DNA of 56,583 nt, filler included, from Sluysia triapertura (GCA_046118255.1; 4 parts of 4 records of this genome joined end to end with filler, not necessarily neighbours in it), one strand, 5' to 3'; positions 12,160 through 26,134 are shown, counted from the whole stretch's first letter. Notes: generated from the sequence alone by a model not told the origin. Translations and numbers: made by a program.

Positions 12160-13150
12160 ATTGATTTTTGATATTCATATGTGTAATATTATTCATAACA
12201 TCGTTAGTTTTTGATATTTTAATGATTTTTATGAAATAGTTTATTAAATTACTTTATGAAATTAATGTAAGTAATTTTAGTTATTTTTTAGTTATTTTGT
12301 TAAAATTGATGTATTATTATTGATTATATTTATTTTAGTAATTTATTATGATTTTAAATAAAATTAACGTGAAATAAATGTGTTGTTTTAAGTTAAATTA
12401 ACAAATTGTTTTAAAAAATAATTTTCAATATTTGTTTTAATCTGATGAAGCTCGGATTAAGAACAGATATAAATACGTAAACAGTTCACAAGTTTAGTTA
12501 CACAAATTTTTACAATATGGTTTTTCAATTTTACAATTTTATTTGCGAGTGTTTCTCAATTACGGTCCCAGAGACACTCAAATTTTATTGTATCACGTTA
12601 GTTTAATTATTTTAAGGCCTGATACCTTCGTGTATACCACGTAAATTTCTACTTAAAATCTTTTAATCATTTTAGGATTCTATAATAGATCCAGCGCAAA
12701 ATATTTTAATAAGCAGTTAATTTGTGTAAATTATTATTTTTTTATTTACCATTCTGTAAATTTTTTAAGTAAAAGATTGAAAAATAAATCATTGATAATT
12801 AATTTTTGCTTATAATTTAATTTACATAGCTTTAACTACAAAATTGATTGTTAGAAAAGCTTTCCCAAAGTTAGAGTTTAAATCTAACAACGTAAAATAC
12901 ATATGTAGATTCCATTTCAAGGAATCAACGAAAAATCATTTAATTAATATTATTACTCTTGATAAATTAATTCGATTATAATTTTTGACTACCTTCAGAA
13001 AGTTAAAAATATAAGTAAGCTTTGAGGTTCTCGAGCATTTCTTTTTGAGCATCACTTGAGACTTTTTGATTTACAAAATCCAACGGCTGGCCCTAACCGG
13101 TAAGCCCAGTACGTTGGTGAACTCATGCTAAACTTTCGCTTTATTCTATT
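12160..13150 (+). repeat. Unclassified ~1 kb dispersed repeat (family A) ending in a conserved hairpin
   Basis: Colinear similarity with ~39500-40210 and ~45300-46070 (e.g. TTAATGTAAGTAATTTT, TGATGAAG.TCGGATTAA, TTACGGT.CCAG, CTTAAAATCT); terminal motif also at 20990-21041 and 9837-9876 (-). Boundaries approximate. Confidence 0.7.
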
Positions 13151-13318
13151 ACTTTACTTTAAATATTTCTCACATATACGCAACTTAAAGCTGAGCATAT
13201 GATAAAATCCAACTATTAAATTGCATACCGAGTAAAATTATAAATAAATGAAATTGTATCGACAATGATAAAAATAACAGTTCGCAACGAATAAATACCT
13301 ATCGTTATTTTTATATTA

Positions 13319-13898
13319 TAGGGTTTTTCGATCAATTTAATAATCTTTGCAATGATTAAATAACTTATATAAAAAAGAATTTAAATTAACATCAACTTCA
13401 AATATAAAATAAATATAAAACCAAATCAACCGATTTATTCCATATTAACTTCATCATTATAACATCTGTTCATGTAACCAAACATTTTCCGATAAAAAAC
13501 GATCCAGTGTTCACCATAATTTCAATATTACAATCGGGAAAATGTGGAGGTGAGAGAAGATCTAAACTTATGCTCGAAATGAAAGAGCAAATATTAAAAA
13601 AGTGGATTTAGAGTGCACATTGACTGAAAGTTTGCACTGGTTTACCATTCGTTAAACTGATTGAATTAGTAGAATATCCTTCAAGTGATTTTTGGATTAT
13701 TCTTTACCTGTCATCGGTTGAAACATTAATTTTCCTTGTGCTCGGTGTAATATGGTGGAAGATGGTGGATAGTAGTTTGATCGTTTTTGTGTTTTCGGAG
13801 TTTACATGGAATGTCTAATTTTCAAATTTTTTAACGACACATTTATTTTTTTTAATTTCTTTTCTATATAGTTTATTTAACTGATCGAAAAACTTTAT
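13319..13898 (+). mobile_element. Internally deleted IS630/Tc1-like DNA transposon
   Basis: Imperfect TIRs (GGGTTTTTCGATCAATTTAATAA / TTATTTAACTGATCGAAAAACTT) flanked by TA; internal peptide KCGGERRSKLMLEMKEQILKKVDLECTLT resembles the AT-hook/HTH region of these transposases. Confidence 0.55.
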
Positions 13899-16815
13899 AC
13901 TACATAAAATAAAATATAAAATAAATATTTTATATATAAGAGGAAACATTTATTAATTTTGTTAATGATTCAAAATTTAATTTTTAAATGTTAAACAAAG
14001 CAACAATTAGATTCACTGTCATTCCATTGTTAAATTAAATAATGTATATTGTTAGTAAAGATATAAATTTTCCAAAGCTAAATTGACAAATATAAATTGG
14101 TGTAATTCGGAAAATATCGATTTCAATTTGTCCTATAGAATGGTTTTTATTGACATTATCCATAGAAACAAGTTAAATAAACATATAATTCAGTTTTGTA
14201 TACATTTTTTACTTAATGTAAAAGCTATTGCAGGTGAAAAATTTAAGTTATCCATTTTATTAGAAGTAAGTTTAATTATTATTATTATATTATATACTAT
14301 ACAAATTTAAATAAAGTACCTTGAATAATGAAAGGTTTATTTTGATACTTCACATTTTGTTAGAAATTTTAATTCGAAGTTTTCTGATTAATAATTGCTT
14401 AAAATTCAATAATTTTTGATAATTATATTTATTTTAACTTTAGAATATCTAGAATAAATTGTTGAAAATTTATGCATAATAAAAATGATTTTTAATGGAT
14501 TATTCTGAATTGTATGACTAATATTAATAAATAAAAGTAAAACTCATTGATCACATTATTTAGATATTTATATTATTTGGAATAAATAAATTGAATAATT
14601 TATAAAGTTGTTTTCCCTTGATAAGAAATTGTTCGACCTTGGTTCAGCAATTTCATCGAACAGGATTTCTTCTAACGTATGATATTTCTTCCATCATCCG
14701 ATTCTCTTCTAATGTCATTGTGTTGCATTTATGTGATCCGTGTATTAGAAAATATCTTTTTAATATGAATGTATATGTATTGTGCAATAACGTACGACAT
14801 TCAGAAATTATATTCCTTGATAGAATGATACATTAATGTCGACGTTTCGAAGGAATAGAAATTAAACCGAGTGGAATTATCTAAAAGGTATCGTTTGTGA
14901 CTTAAAAGGTTCTTAAAGAAACTAATGTCATTGCGCCTGTCAAAGTGAACTTTGATAGTCATAAAATTGCTCTTAGTATAATTTAAGATGAATATTGACA
15001 GTTTGATAACAGAAACTTTTGTTTATACCTAATTAAAAATCATACACGAATTCTCTTTTGTTTACAAAAAATCTTAATTTGGATTTTAGAGGTTCAGAAA
15101 ATTTTAATAGAAAATTTATATCTTCTACCTTGTCATTACATAAGTCTCCCTTAGTAAAATTATCGTAATGCCGACTAAAGTAAATAATGAGATAATTTAT
15201 TTCGATTCTTACATTTGAGGAAGCTTATGTTTCGATACAAATATTTAGAAAGCTTTAAACATGTTAAACGATTCATGTTTGGAATATTCATTATAGTGCT
15301 TAATATAAATCTTATTTATTATTATGATTTCAAGAAAATATTTATAACTAAGTTTTACACACGAAAACATTACTATTTTGTGGTTGACTTTTGTTAAGAC
15401 ATTAGTTTTTAATCACAAAAACTCTCCATTTATCTTTCAAACAAAAAATAATAGCTTGAATAATTTACTAAAATAATTAATAAAACTTTCATGATAAAAT
15501 AACAATGAAAACGTACTTTTGAGTTCTTCAATTACTTTACTCTTTACGTTCTTTTACGTTCAATTACGTTCTTTACAATTCATAAAAACATCGCGGTTTA
15601 CTTTGTTTGACTTAATCTGTAAGTAAATTGGAAACTGCAATGACTTTACTTCTCAACGTTTCTTTAGTAGTTGACCATACTAATTTTCGAACATACAAAA
15701 TTTCGCCTGTTTGCAGAATATTTTCAATAACTTTTAATTTTGGACTAATGTGATTATTCTGTATATTAGACTCAATATGGTTCGTTATTTCAACATGAGT
15801 ATTAGTTGATATATCTCTGAATAAATGAATCTAATATAGAATATTCATTCAATAATTGTGTGTTTATATGAAAACGAAATTTGTGCATAGCGGCAGTATG
15901 GCGACTAGAACGACTGATAAATTACTTTAATTTCTGTCATTTTTGAATGTTTTAGAGTATACTCAATATTTAGAGTAAAATCAACATTCTTGTGGATGAC
16001 ATAACAACATTTTGTTTATCTTGCTTTAATAAACTATTGATTTTCTCATTATCATTTTTGATTTTATAAAATTTCGCATCGCTAATACCGCTATTAAATA
16101 ATTTATAAATGTTACGCAGAACAGATGAAATCGAGGATATAAATAAGCACATGAATTATTCATTGCGTAGGCATTACATACAAGAATTCGTTCGTAACAA
16201 GATACTTCGTATTGCAATAAACACTATTAAATATTTTCATCTCTTTGAGAGTTATAAACTTTTCGTATCTACATCATAGTTATTAAACATTCCTTTAATT
16301 CTTAAAGTGACTAAATCATCAAAGACATTCATACTTTATGTTTTTATCTTTAGACACGAACAAAGATCTTAAACATTTTATCCCATCAAAATTGAATTAA
16401 TATAATAGTTTAAATATAAGCTTGAAATTTATAGTTGTGATTTACATAAAATAAATTTTACACATTTAAAGTTTACTTCAAAATAAATAACTTTTATTGT
16501 AAAAATGTAGATTATAACTTCAAATAATGTTCAGCCTTTTTAAACCTAAGAATTTTGAAAAAAGTTTTAATATTACATTTTCTCTACTAAAAATTTTTAT
16601 TAATGCTTTTTATTTTATCAATTTTTTATTATTAATTTTTTAATAATTTTAATTTTATCTTAGGAGGCTAAGAGTCCTAAATACAAGAATTTTTAATTTT
16701 ATTTTACTATTATACTATTATTGTTATTTTATAGTAATTATCGTAGTCATATAAATTATAGAAAGACAAGGCTATCTTCTTGCTAGTTATAAACAGAAAT
16801 ATTTTATTGAGATTA

Positions 16816-16901
16816 TCATATTTTCCTAATTATAAAAAGCACCTTAAGAAAGAGTTTTCGTTACAGTTTAGGAGGTGTGCCTTATAATCCGAAAAATGCG
16901 G
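16816..16901. mobile_element. Tc2/pogo-type MITE
   Basis: Right TIR GGTGTGCCTTATAATCCGAAAAATGCGG|TA; decayed left TIR TA|TCATATTTTCCTAATTATAAAAAGCACC. Confidence 0.6.
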
Positions 16902-17242
16902 TAATAGAAAACAATAGTCGTATCATTTTTGGGATCTGCATTCTGGTCCTGAAATTTACATTATTTGTATCAAAATTCTTACGAGCAGTTCAAAGAATCA
17001 TAAAAATAACTTATAACTATTTAAATTTACGATGACTTCATAGGCAATTTGTGTCCATGAGAAAATGCCAAATTTTATTCACAATAAATTTTCTTCAATG
17101 GAACATTATTAAAACAAAATGATGGTCGATGTTTTATTAGTTGTGTTTTAAAAAAAGAAATTATATATTTTTTCATATTTAATTAATAAATGAAATTAAA
17201 TTAATTTTTAATTCAGTTATCTTTATTGAATATTAATACATA

Positions 17243-17462
17243 ATGCCTCAAGTGAAGCAAAGACCAAGTTCTGGGGTTAGTCGATCTTCTGCTTGGGAAG
17301 ATTCAATGGATAATTTTGGATTTGAACAAGATCAACCGGCAGCAATGGAAAATGAATATATAGCCAGACAAAGCAATGATAATGAAAAAATAGTGAATGA
17401 CAGTGGAAAAGAAAAAGATTTACCTCAAGGCTGTTGGTGGAAATTCAAAAAGCTCATAAGAT
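17243..17462 (+). CDS. PKD2: Polycystin-2-like (TRPP) channel, exon 1
   Basis: MPQVKQRPSSG...AWEDSMDNFGFE...QGCWWKFKKLIR; phase-1 donor T|gtgtgt fits exon 2. Confidence 0.8.
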
Positions 17463-18042
17463 GTGTGTAATTTTAAAATGAATTAAAAATTTATACAAAA
17501 TAACTAATGTATTTAGAATTTTAGTAATTTTAGAAATGGTGTAAGTAAAGCAAAATAATTTCCATAGTTTCTTCAATCATAATCTTTTTCATATAGCTAA
17601 TGTAGCATCTGAAAACGGTAAAATGCACGTGCAAAGTTTTCTCTTTCGAAACTGCATTACATTTTCTTCCGCATATTCTTTGTTGACCTGGGTTTGAGTT
17701 ATTTTCTTACTTTTTTTATCAAGAAATAGATATTTCTGATTTGCTATTACAACAAATACTTTTTATTTTATTAAACGTTGGAAAAATATATATAAATTTG
17801 TTTACATTAGTAAATGACTTCATATCAACGACACTGATTTATTCCAATAATTTTTACAGCCTTATTACTTTCGGGACGGACTTTTTAAAGAGAAATATTT
17901 CAATAAAATATTTAATTTAGGTTATCAAAAGTGTTTGAAAGTTGGATATACGAACAATCAAATATTGCTACTTAATAATATATTAATTAATAATATATTT
18001 AAACTTAAAAGAGTTAAATGAATTATTGTATTATTTCTGCAG

Positions 18043-18156
18043 CATGCTGGGCTACTAGATACACCGAAGATACTAAACAAAATCGAGAACTCTATATTAA
18101 AACAACAGTTCGTGAACTGATCATTTATATCATATTTTTAATTGTTTTAATAATAA
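18043..18156 (+). CDS. PKD2: Polycystin-2-like channel, exon 2 (TM1)
   Basis: ctgcag|...|gtatg; CWATRYTEDTKQNRELYIKTTVRELIIYIIFLIVLII closely matches the PKD2L1/PKD2 motif NRELYIKTTLRELLVYIVFL. Confidence 0.92.
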
Positions 18157-18202
18157 GTATGTTACATTTAATAAATTTTTAATAATTAAAATATTTGTTC
18201 AG

Positions 18203-18333
18203 TTGCATTTGGCATGATAAATCCAGTTAGATTTTATTATACTAAAGTTATAAAAACATTGTTTCTGGAACAACCATTTACTGATAGTCCTACTAATTTT
18301 CAAACAGTGGCTACACAAGCGGATTTTTGGAAA
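18203..18333 (+). CDS. PKD2: Polycystin-2-like channel, exon 3 (start of the polycystin/TOP domain)
   Basis: After a 46-nt intron: AFGMINPVRFYYTKVIKTLFLEQPFTDSPTNFQTVATQADFWK|gtaatt (family motifs YYTKV..LFL and DFW). Later exons not found. Confidence 0.92.
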
Positions 18334-18429
18334 GTAATTTTCATGGATTTCAATAATTTATATAATCAATTGCTTTAAAAAAATTAATTACAGGGGTTTC
18401 CATATAATTTAATCGTTTTGTAAAATAAT

Positions 18430-18760
18430 TTAAGCATTATTTTATCTTTTGCTTAATCTTATTATTAATTTGGAGGAAGATTTATCATACATTATAATCA
18501 CTATGGATAATGCACCTATACATAAATCAGATCTTGCATCTGACATATATTTCAAGAATAATCATAAAATGAAATTTATTCTACTGTATTCTCTACAACT
18601 TAATACAATGGAAGAAGTATTTTCGAATAGAAAAATATCATAAAATCTTCAAATAGTCTAACAAAAGATCAATTAAAATTGAAAATAATGAAATTAAGTT
18701 TGGACATCAGTAGAGAAAATAGTAACTCATATGTTAGGCGTATTTAATCAGAGAAATTGA
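18430..18760 (+). mobile_element. Decayed IS630/Tc1 DDE transposase 3' fragment
   Basis: IITMDNAPIHKS...FILLYSLQLNTMEEVFS corresponds to DNA..H and LPPYSPxLNPIE motifs; frameshifted afterwards. Confidence 0.8.
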
Positions 18761-19465
18761 CAATGAGTCCTTTTAAATAAATATCTTATTGTAAATTTAT
18801 TGTAATTTTATTAAAAGTTCGATTGTTTGCTTATTTTGGAGTTTTTTATTTTATTGATTAATATATAAACATAATTACAATATTCTAATTAATTTATAAA
18901 AAGATTAAGTTATACGACAAATTGATTTGTGTGAAGTATAAATAGAAAGAAATTATCTGATATGTCGCTGTTCCATTCAACTTTGTTTACTGACGACTTG
19001 ACTAATTTGGAAGGCTATTAAAAAAGGCTATTCAAAGAAAACAAAAAGACATTCATGCCACAAGTGTTAAGGTTTATTTTTATGTTTTATCCGATTCATT
19101 TTGTTTCATATAAATGATATACCTCTTATTTTTTAGGGTAATTCTGAAACCAAATGTAATGAATTTGTTACGAACTAGCACGAAAAATTTTAAAGCCCTA
19201 AAAGAAAACTTAATCTTAAAGTATAATAAAATTAAGGTATTCGTATTCAGATTGAAATAAATCCTAGCCAAAACTTGTTATTTAAATATATTTTAATAAA
19301 ATCTTTATAGAAAGTGTCAACATTAACAAGTTGGATTTGTTCTTAATTTTAATTATATTTAATTATTCACTTTCTTAAATACTTATGGACGACTCGATAC
19401 TGAAAATATAACTAAATTAATACTAAATTAAACTTTGATCGTAGTTTACACAGTTTTGTGACTTA

Positions 19466-19590
19466 TGTTAGACTTCATTAAATTGACTGACCGGGATTTG
19501 AATCCGGGCTCTCTTACAGCTATGTAGTTCGACGTTCTGAACACTAAGCTATCAGCCCCGTAAAACAATTTTATTTTATTATAATCAATT
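19466..19590 (-). mobile_element. Diverged copy of the tRNA-bearing LTR-like unit (copy 2)
   Basis: TGTTAGACTTCATTAAATTGACTGACCGGGATTTGAATCCGGG...GCTATCAGCCCCGT aligns with 9471-9590. Confidence 0.75.
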
Positions 19591-19768
19591 ATTTTATTAT
19601 TTTAAATGGAACTCTTAGATCTATACTTGAACATTTATACTCTTAACATTTGGTCACCAAAATAAACCAAAAATGTGAAATGTCTACAATACTTATGACA
19701 ACGCGATCATGAATAATTTTATTACAACCACTCGGTCCACTTATATTCAATATAAAGCAAGTTGAATT

Positions 19769-19816
<48 letters not shown>

Positions 19817-20362
19817 GTAATAATAATAGTAATAATAATAATAGTAATAATAATAATAATCTAGGCCTTATAATTAAATCGATATTGTCAAAACTGTAGC
19901 AAAAAATTAAATTGCCTGCAAAACAATGAAATATGAATTAGTTACATATGCTGTCAGTTCATATTTCATTGGAGCAAATGTGTAATTTATACAACTATTA
20001 AAGCAAAGAAATTACAAAGACAAATGATATATTAATTATAACCGTTGAATCAAAAGTGATTAAAAATTCATTAAAAAATTATCAATCTATTCAAAATTAA
20101 TATAATTCAAGCAAAAATCAAGAAAATTGACCGAATTTAACTCAGAATTGTTCATTCGATTTTAATTATTTATTTGTCACAAACACTAAACCATGATTAA
20201 TTACTTGTCCGTTTACGGAATACATTAACATCTTTATCACCGAATAATAAATTGTACAATATGGAGGTTACAAAATTTTTGTGAAATAAATTTTTCTTTG
20301 TACTCTATAAGTAATTTCAATATTCTCAACAATTTTTCACAACATTGTACGACAACAGTGAA

Positions 20363-20511
20363 TCAATCTTCAGAGAACTGAGCAGCTTTTCATAATTTTA
20401 TTACACATCAGATAAAAGAATAGGCAGGATACCCTGTTATCAATCTTCAGAGAACTGAGCAGATTTTCTTAATTACACAGCAAATAAACCATTAGACAGG
20501 ACACCGTGTTG
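20363..20511. repeat. Two-copy ~76-bp tandem duplication
   Basis: ATCAATCTTCAGAGAACTGAGCAG...CAGGA.ACC.TGTT occurs twice in tandem. Confidence 0.85.
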
Positions 20512-22539
20512 AAATTTTATCGCTAGTTTTTTGTGATAAGTTTTTTAGCAACTTTTAATGTTGCATCACTAAAATATACGCAAAATCTATCAAAGAGAAA
20601 GACAGCTATCTTTTAACTATGTTTTTAACTTATTAAATTACGTAGATTATTCAACGTAATAATCTCTTAAATTATATTTATTATATTCCTAACAATTTGT
20701 ATATTTTGATAATCTCTTTGAGTTTGTATTTATTATATTTGGAACAATAATTTTTATTAAAACCTATATTCATTGTATATTGAAACATTTTTGTTAATAA
20801 ACATATTAATTGTATTATTTTAATATTCTTGTTTTAAAATTACATATAGAAAAGGTTCGGTGCAAGAACCTTATTAAAATCTCCATAGCAAGTTTTAAAG
20901 GTTCAATTTAAGAACCAAATTAAAATCAATTGAAATAAAATAATTTTCTTTTTAAAACCTCCAAGACATTTTTGTAACTTTACTCTTTAAAATCCAACGG
21001 TTGGCCATTTTTTAGTAAGCCCAATACGTTGGTGGACTCACTTCAATTTTATCTTTATTCGGCATACATTAAGCTTACATAATAATGAAGTTTCCTGCAC
21101 GTATTCAGTGTTTATGGTATAGTATAATCGTAGATGAAGGGCTGAACCACCACACATATATTTCAAATGAATAGTTTAAAGGATTAACTTTCTGTGCTGT
21201 GACCAGCTTTACGAGTCCCGTCTTTTAGCGCCCCATGGGGACTAAATAAAAATAGTAAAGTAAATTTTTTTACTAAAAACATTTTGTAAAACACCAAAAG
21301 ATTAAAATATATTTAATAATAACATATTAGAACATAATACTCTTTTTGAGACTGCTTTTTTCAATCAAGAAAAACTTTACTACTTCTTATCGTCTACTAA
21401 TATCAATAATATGAAAGAATAATTGTATTAAAAATTATTTAAAATTAGACTTCATATTTAAAGAATATTTTCTTATTAATATACTCTACTGTAACTTTGA
21501 AATTGATCGCGACCTCCTTTTGAAGAACACTGCCTTAAACTATGGTTTCTGTCCTTATCACAACCACTAATAAACATACTAAAAATATAATATAATAATA
21601 TAAATAAATCAGTAAGGAGATAAAAAGAAAAATTTCAATCATTTTAACAAATGTGAAATTTGTTTTCGATTCATGATTAAAATTTTAAAAGTATTATAAT
21701 TTTTTTCCATTTCCTGAAGAAAAATTTAATAAATTAAATATAATTCTAATAATAATGTAATAAAAAATATATCTGTTACGTTTTTTCTACGTATTAAGAT
21801 TTATTTGTTTTAATACCTTAATTTAAAATATGTTTAAATCTTTTATTTCTTGTTTTATCACGACAATTGATTTGAATTTTAAATTTTTAAAATTAGTGTT
21901 TATTATTATCACGATTAAATACAACAATCGAAACTCCAATAACGTATTATAACATTTATTTTGGTGTTTATATGCTTGATCGAAATGTCAAGTGGAGATA
22001 GTTCGGTACAAGATATCGTATTGCAATTCTTTAATAAATTCAAATCTAATGGAGTTACAATTTTGGAAAAGTGTTAAATCATATTTTAGTAAAAAAATTA
22101 ACATGATTCAAAATGTACTAATCCACCGCTAACAATGAAAGAAGATTAGTGTGAAGAATTTTTCAAAATCAGAAATGTTCACTTGCAATTTATCAATTAA
22201 TGATACGTGATATATTGTTCTTCATTTATTAGTAATTATTATAAGCGAAAATAATGAAATACGAAATATATTTGATAATGTTTTAGTAATAAATCTAATA
22301 TTAATAATTTATGAATTAAATACACTTCTGAACGAAAATAAATCTAGATTCGATTTAGATTATTCAAAATGAAATATTAGATTTACGGAAAAATTGTTCC
22401 TCCTTATTTATTGTTATAAAACAATCCTTGTTGGTCGTTTTATTTTCTATTGGGTCAATTTCGCCAGGTCTTAAGCCGTCTTTAAATTTATTAAAAATAA
22501 TAATAATGTAAAATTTTAAAAATTCAAGTTTAGTAATCG

Positions 22540-22800
22540 TTCTTTACGAAACTTAAAATGACTCTGGATGTTCTTGTATCAATGCATTCTATATGTGTTT
22601 ATAACTTTATTTATATGCTTGCTTTATTAAACTTTTTAATGTGAACTTTATCGAATATTAATACTTTGGACTATTTGCGACTAATATGTATTCCCAATAT
22701 ATAAAATTAGTAATAGTTTAACAATAGTTCAAAGTCGTTTAGTGAGTAATTTATTTTAGAAACTCGTTCCGATGACCTGGAATGGAAAAGCAAGTTTAAA
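22540..22800 (-). mobile_element. Unclassified decayed retroelement-like fragment (second copy ~42220-42690)
   Basis: Shared TTTAATGTGAACTTTATC.AATATTAATACTT..GACTATTTGCGAC and GTTCCGAT...CTGGAATGGAAA.GCAA blocks; minus-strand coding remnants. Classification is a guess. Confidence 0.5.
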
Positions 22801-24109
22801 TTTTATTTTAAGATTAAATGTAATATTCGGATACTTGGATTAATAAAATTATTTTCTATTATTTCGTAATTTATTTGTTTATTTCTCTTTTGGAAACTTT
22901 ACCCTCAATAAGAATCAAAGTCAATAAAATTTATTATCTACACTCTATAAAAATGACATAAAATGAACATCAACAATAAAATGATAAATGAATAAAATTT
23001 CGTTATCTATTTTATACAAAATAATTTACAATAGAATAATTAAATATTCTATTTTTTTATTCAGGCTAAATCAGCAATAAAATATCACTTACTAAACAAT
23101 TATCGATAATTCTTTCTCCTATAGTTTATCCTTACCGAATTTATTGTCGTAATTTCTCGAACTCCTAGATAGTTTGTTCCTTTACTAAATCTCCCAAATT
23201 CTCTCACAATTTTATAGCTCACTAGTACACAAATAATAGACAAAATTATCAGTAATAGTTGAGTGTGTTTTTGTGTTGTTTGTGTCAGCTTTATATAGTT
23301 ATGTGGTGTATATAAAATTTATTAATAATAGTAAACCTTAAATTATAGTGATAATTTATAATAAATCGTATAAGTACACAGAGTATATATTTTGTTAATA
23401 CATAATGATAATAAATATACATAATAATAATTTGTAGCATAAACTAATAATTCACTAATGATATTACTAATGATATTTATTACTTTTAGCCTTAATAGTA
23501 ATTTTGTTGATAAATTTTGATTATATACAATTTATATTCAATCTCATTTCAATATGTTTTATTTCAGATTATACTGCTATTAATTTTGAAATAATTTTGA
23601 TATTACATTATTCCCTCTGTTCTGTCCAATCTTTAATTTAAGTTGATTTTAATCGAGAATAATGTTATTAATTTTTAATTTCGTTTAATCTCAATTTAAT
23701 ACAATTTTAATTCTCATATTAAAAATTATTTTTATGTTCTTACAATTTAATATTATATTATCTTTATAAAATCTCATTTTAAAATGGCAATTTGTTTAAT
23801 TTTCAATCTAAACTATGTACTTTTTGTTATTAACTTTTGAATTTATACTGACTATTAAATCTCATTTTAAATTGATATAAAACATAGTCTTAATGATAAT
23901 AATTTTACTGTTATTTTTTGAAATAATTTTAATTTAAAATAAATTAAAAACGAGAATTCTAACAATGAATATTATAAATGAATATTATTTGAAAAATGAA
24001 TGTTATAAATAATAATAATAATAATAGAATAATTTCTGTTATATAGCTAATTACCTTTCTATTCCTATTATATTTGTTGCTCATTCCATCTTTATATTTG
24101 TTACTTTTA

Positions 24110-24680
24110 AAAGGTGATCTAAATGCCTACTACAACTTTTAATTTGTTAAGTTTTGTACTTAAACTGGAAGCTTCCGCTCAAACAATAATTATAAAAATA
24201 ATTTATTAACCTTTTGTAATAATTGTTACACTTATGTAAATATCAATCTGAAATATTTCTGAAACAGAAACTTTTTTCTTAAATATTTCATAATCTTCCA
24301 GTAATTTGACATTCTCTGGTAGTTCTGGTTGTATATTTTTGAAACATAAACACTTAGCTTATTATCACTATGGATTATGTCTCAATTAAATATTCATCTT
24401 GGTTTCCAAATTTTTTATTATTTCTAAAATATATTATTATTTTGAATTCTATTCTTGCTTTTATTCGCAACCAATGTAATTCCTTAACATAAGATGTTAC
24501 ATGAGATCTTCTTCCCACTTAGAAAATTAGTCTTACTGCTTGACTAATTATTGATTGTAATTATTTCACTTTTCTATATGTAATTGAGTACAATAAACCA
24601 TCGTTCAAATCTATTTTGCTAGATATCAATGAATGAACAATGAGTTTAGCTGTTTCTTTATTAATAAATTTCTAAATAAA
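24110..24680 (-). mobile_element. L2/CR1-group LINE ORF2 3' remnant
   Basis: KETAKLIVHSLISSKID...LQSIISQAVRLI...RRSHVTSYVKELHWLRIKARIEFK with stops; hallmark L2 C-terminal motif. Confidence 0.85.
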
Positions 24681-24799
24681 TTTAAAAAATTAGAAATTCT
24701 AAAAAAATTTTAAAATGTAAGTTTTATTATTTTAATATTTAATACATTTAATATTTTTAGAAAGAAAAGTTTTTTAATTTAAAAGAAGCATTTTTTAAT

Positions 24800-25500
24800 T
24801 TTAAGAAAAAAATTGTTTAAATTAATCAATGGTAAGTATTTTTCAATATGGCTTCGCCAAATTTAATATAAATTTAGGATTTTTTTAGTATCAAACACAA
24901 GTTTTAGTTGTAAACGTTTTTGACGAAGATACATTTTTGAAGAAATTTTAATGTGCATTCCCTGATCAAGTAATTTTTTATTTAATAAGATTAATCTATT
25001 CATTTTAAGAAGAGAATAATAAAATAAAACGTAAATTCATTCGTTTTTTATGCAAGACCTTAAATAGGCCTTTGCAATAATTTTTAAAATCTTTTGAGAC
25101 ACCAACAAAGTTGAGTGCGCTACTAAACTATTATCATGATTATAAGTTTTTATTTGTTATAAGAATTTTTAAGGTTTGTATTAATATACTTTAGAGTGTA
25201 AATTTGTTCTTTATTACTAACCAAAAATAAAATCATTTTTTGCAACACTAGACCTTAATACGGTTAGTGAAGTTTCTAAATTCTTATATTAGCTTTCGAT
25301 CTAGACCTTAAAAAGCCTAGAGCAACTATTTAAAATCATTAACTGGTTTTGTATAAGACCTTGTGTTATTTATAATTTGTATTGAACTAGACCTTAAGAA
25401 GGCTTGTGTCACTTAATTAAAATATCAAGTAATTAAATATAAGATTTTGTGAATTATCAGTATTACTGACTAAATATCAAATGTTAAGTGCTGATATACT
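24800..25500 (+). repeat. Dispersed repeat with CTAGACCTTAA subrepeats (inverted copy ~26980-27520)
   Basis: CTAGACCTTAA..AGGCT motif recurs at roughly 50-80-bp spacing; TTAATAAGATTAAT and upstream blocks recur reverse-complemented at 27020-27505. Confidence 0.6.
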
Positions 25501-26134
25501 CATTTTTAGTTAGTTTAGTCTACGTAATATAAATTTAAATTTGTGAAGGGTTAAAACACTCACTTTAAGCCTAAGTTTTCTTTGATAAATTTAAAATTAT
25601 ATTAGCACGTCTCCAGTATTGATATAAAGCGTGTATATTAAGCGAATCGGCCCTGAGTTATTTTGTAAGTGTTAATTTGGTCTAATTATAAAGAATTATT
25701 TCCATTTTATACCTAAAATAAGTATTGAGAAAATTTCAAATTTGAAGAAGTTCAACTAGTACGGAAGGTAGACACTTTATTTTATTTTAGATGTAAAAAT
25801 TGAGTTATAGAAATATACATCTACATCAGTCGAATTTCTATTGCGTACAAAAATAATCAAGTTAGGAGTTCGGTTTATGGAAGTTTTACAGTACAATTTG
25901 AAGAATTGTGCGCTAAACTCCAATTGAAATTTTCATTTTACATCAAAAATAGACATAAAGATAGCTTGAAAATGCAAGAAGATCAACTTAAAAAAGGGTA
26001 ATGTATTTCGTTCTGCACGCATGAAGAATGTGTTCTAAAATTTTTTTCTTGCAAGGACTTTCAGATAAACTATTTGGGTAAAATATAATGAATGCTGAAG
26101 TTTTCTTTAGATAATTTTTTAAAATTACTTACAG

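Noticed and set aside
12432-12470. Hammerhead ribozyme at CTGATGA
   Set aside because: No stem II plus GAAA core; paralogous copies read TTGATGA and TTGACCA; it is a simple hairpin.
13080-13117. Twister ribozyme
   Set aside because: The CTGG...AAGC-CCAG stem-loop resembles P4/L4, but the UAA cleavage segment and pseudoknot partners are absent.
25240-25410. CRISPR-like spaced repeats
   Set aside because: Short, degenerate, irregularly spaced, eukaryotic context, no cas genes.
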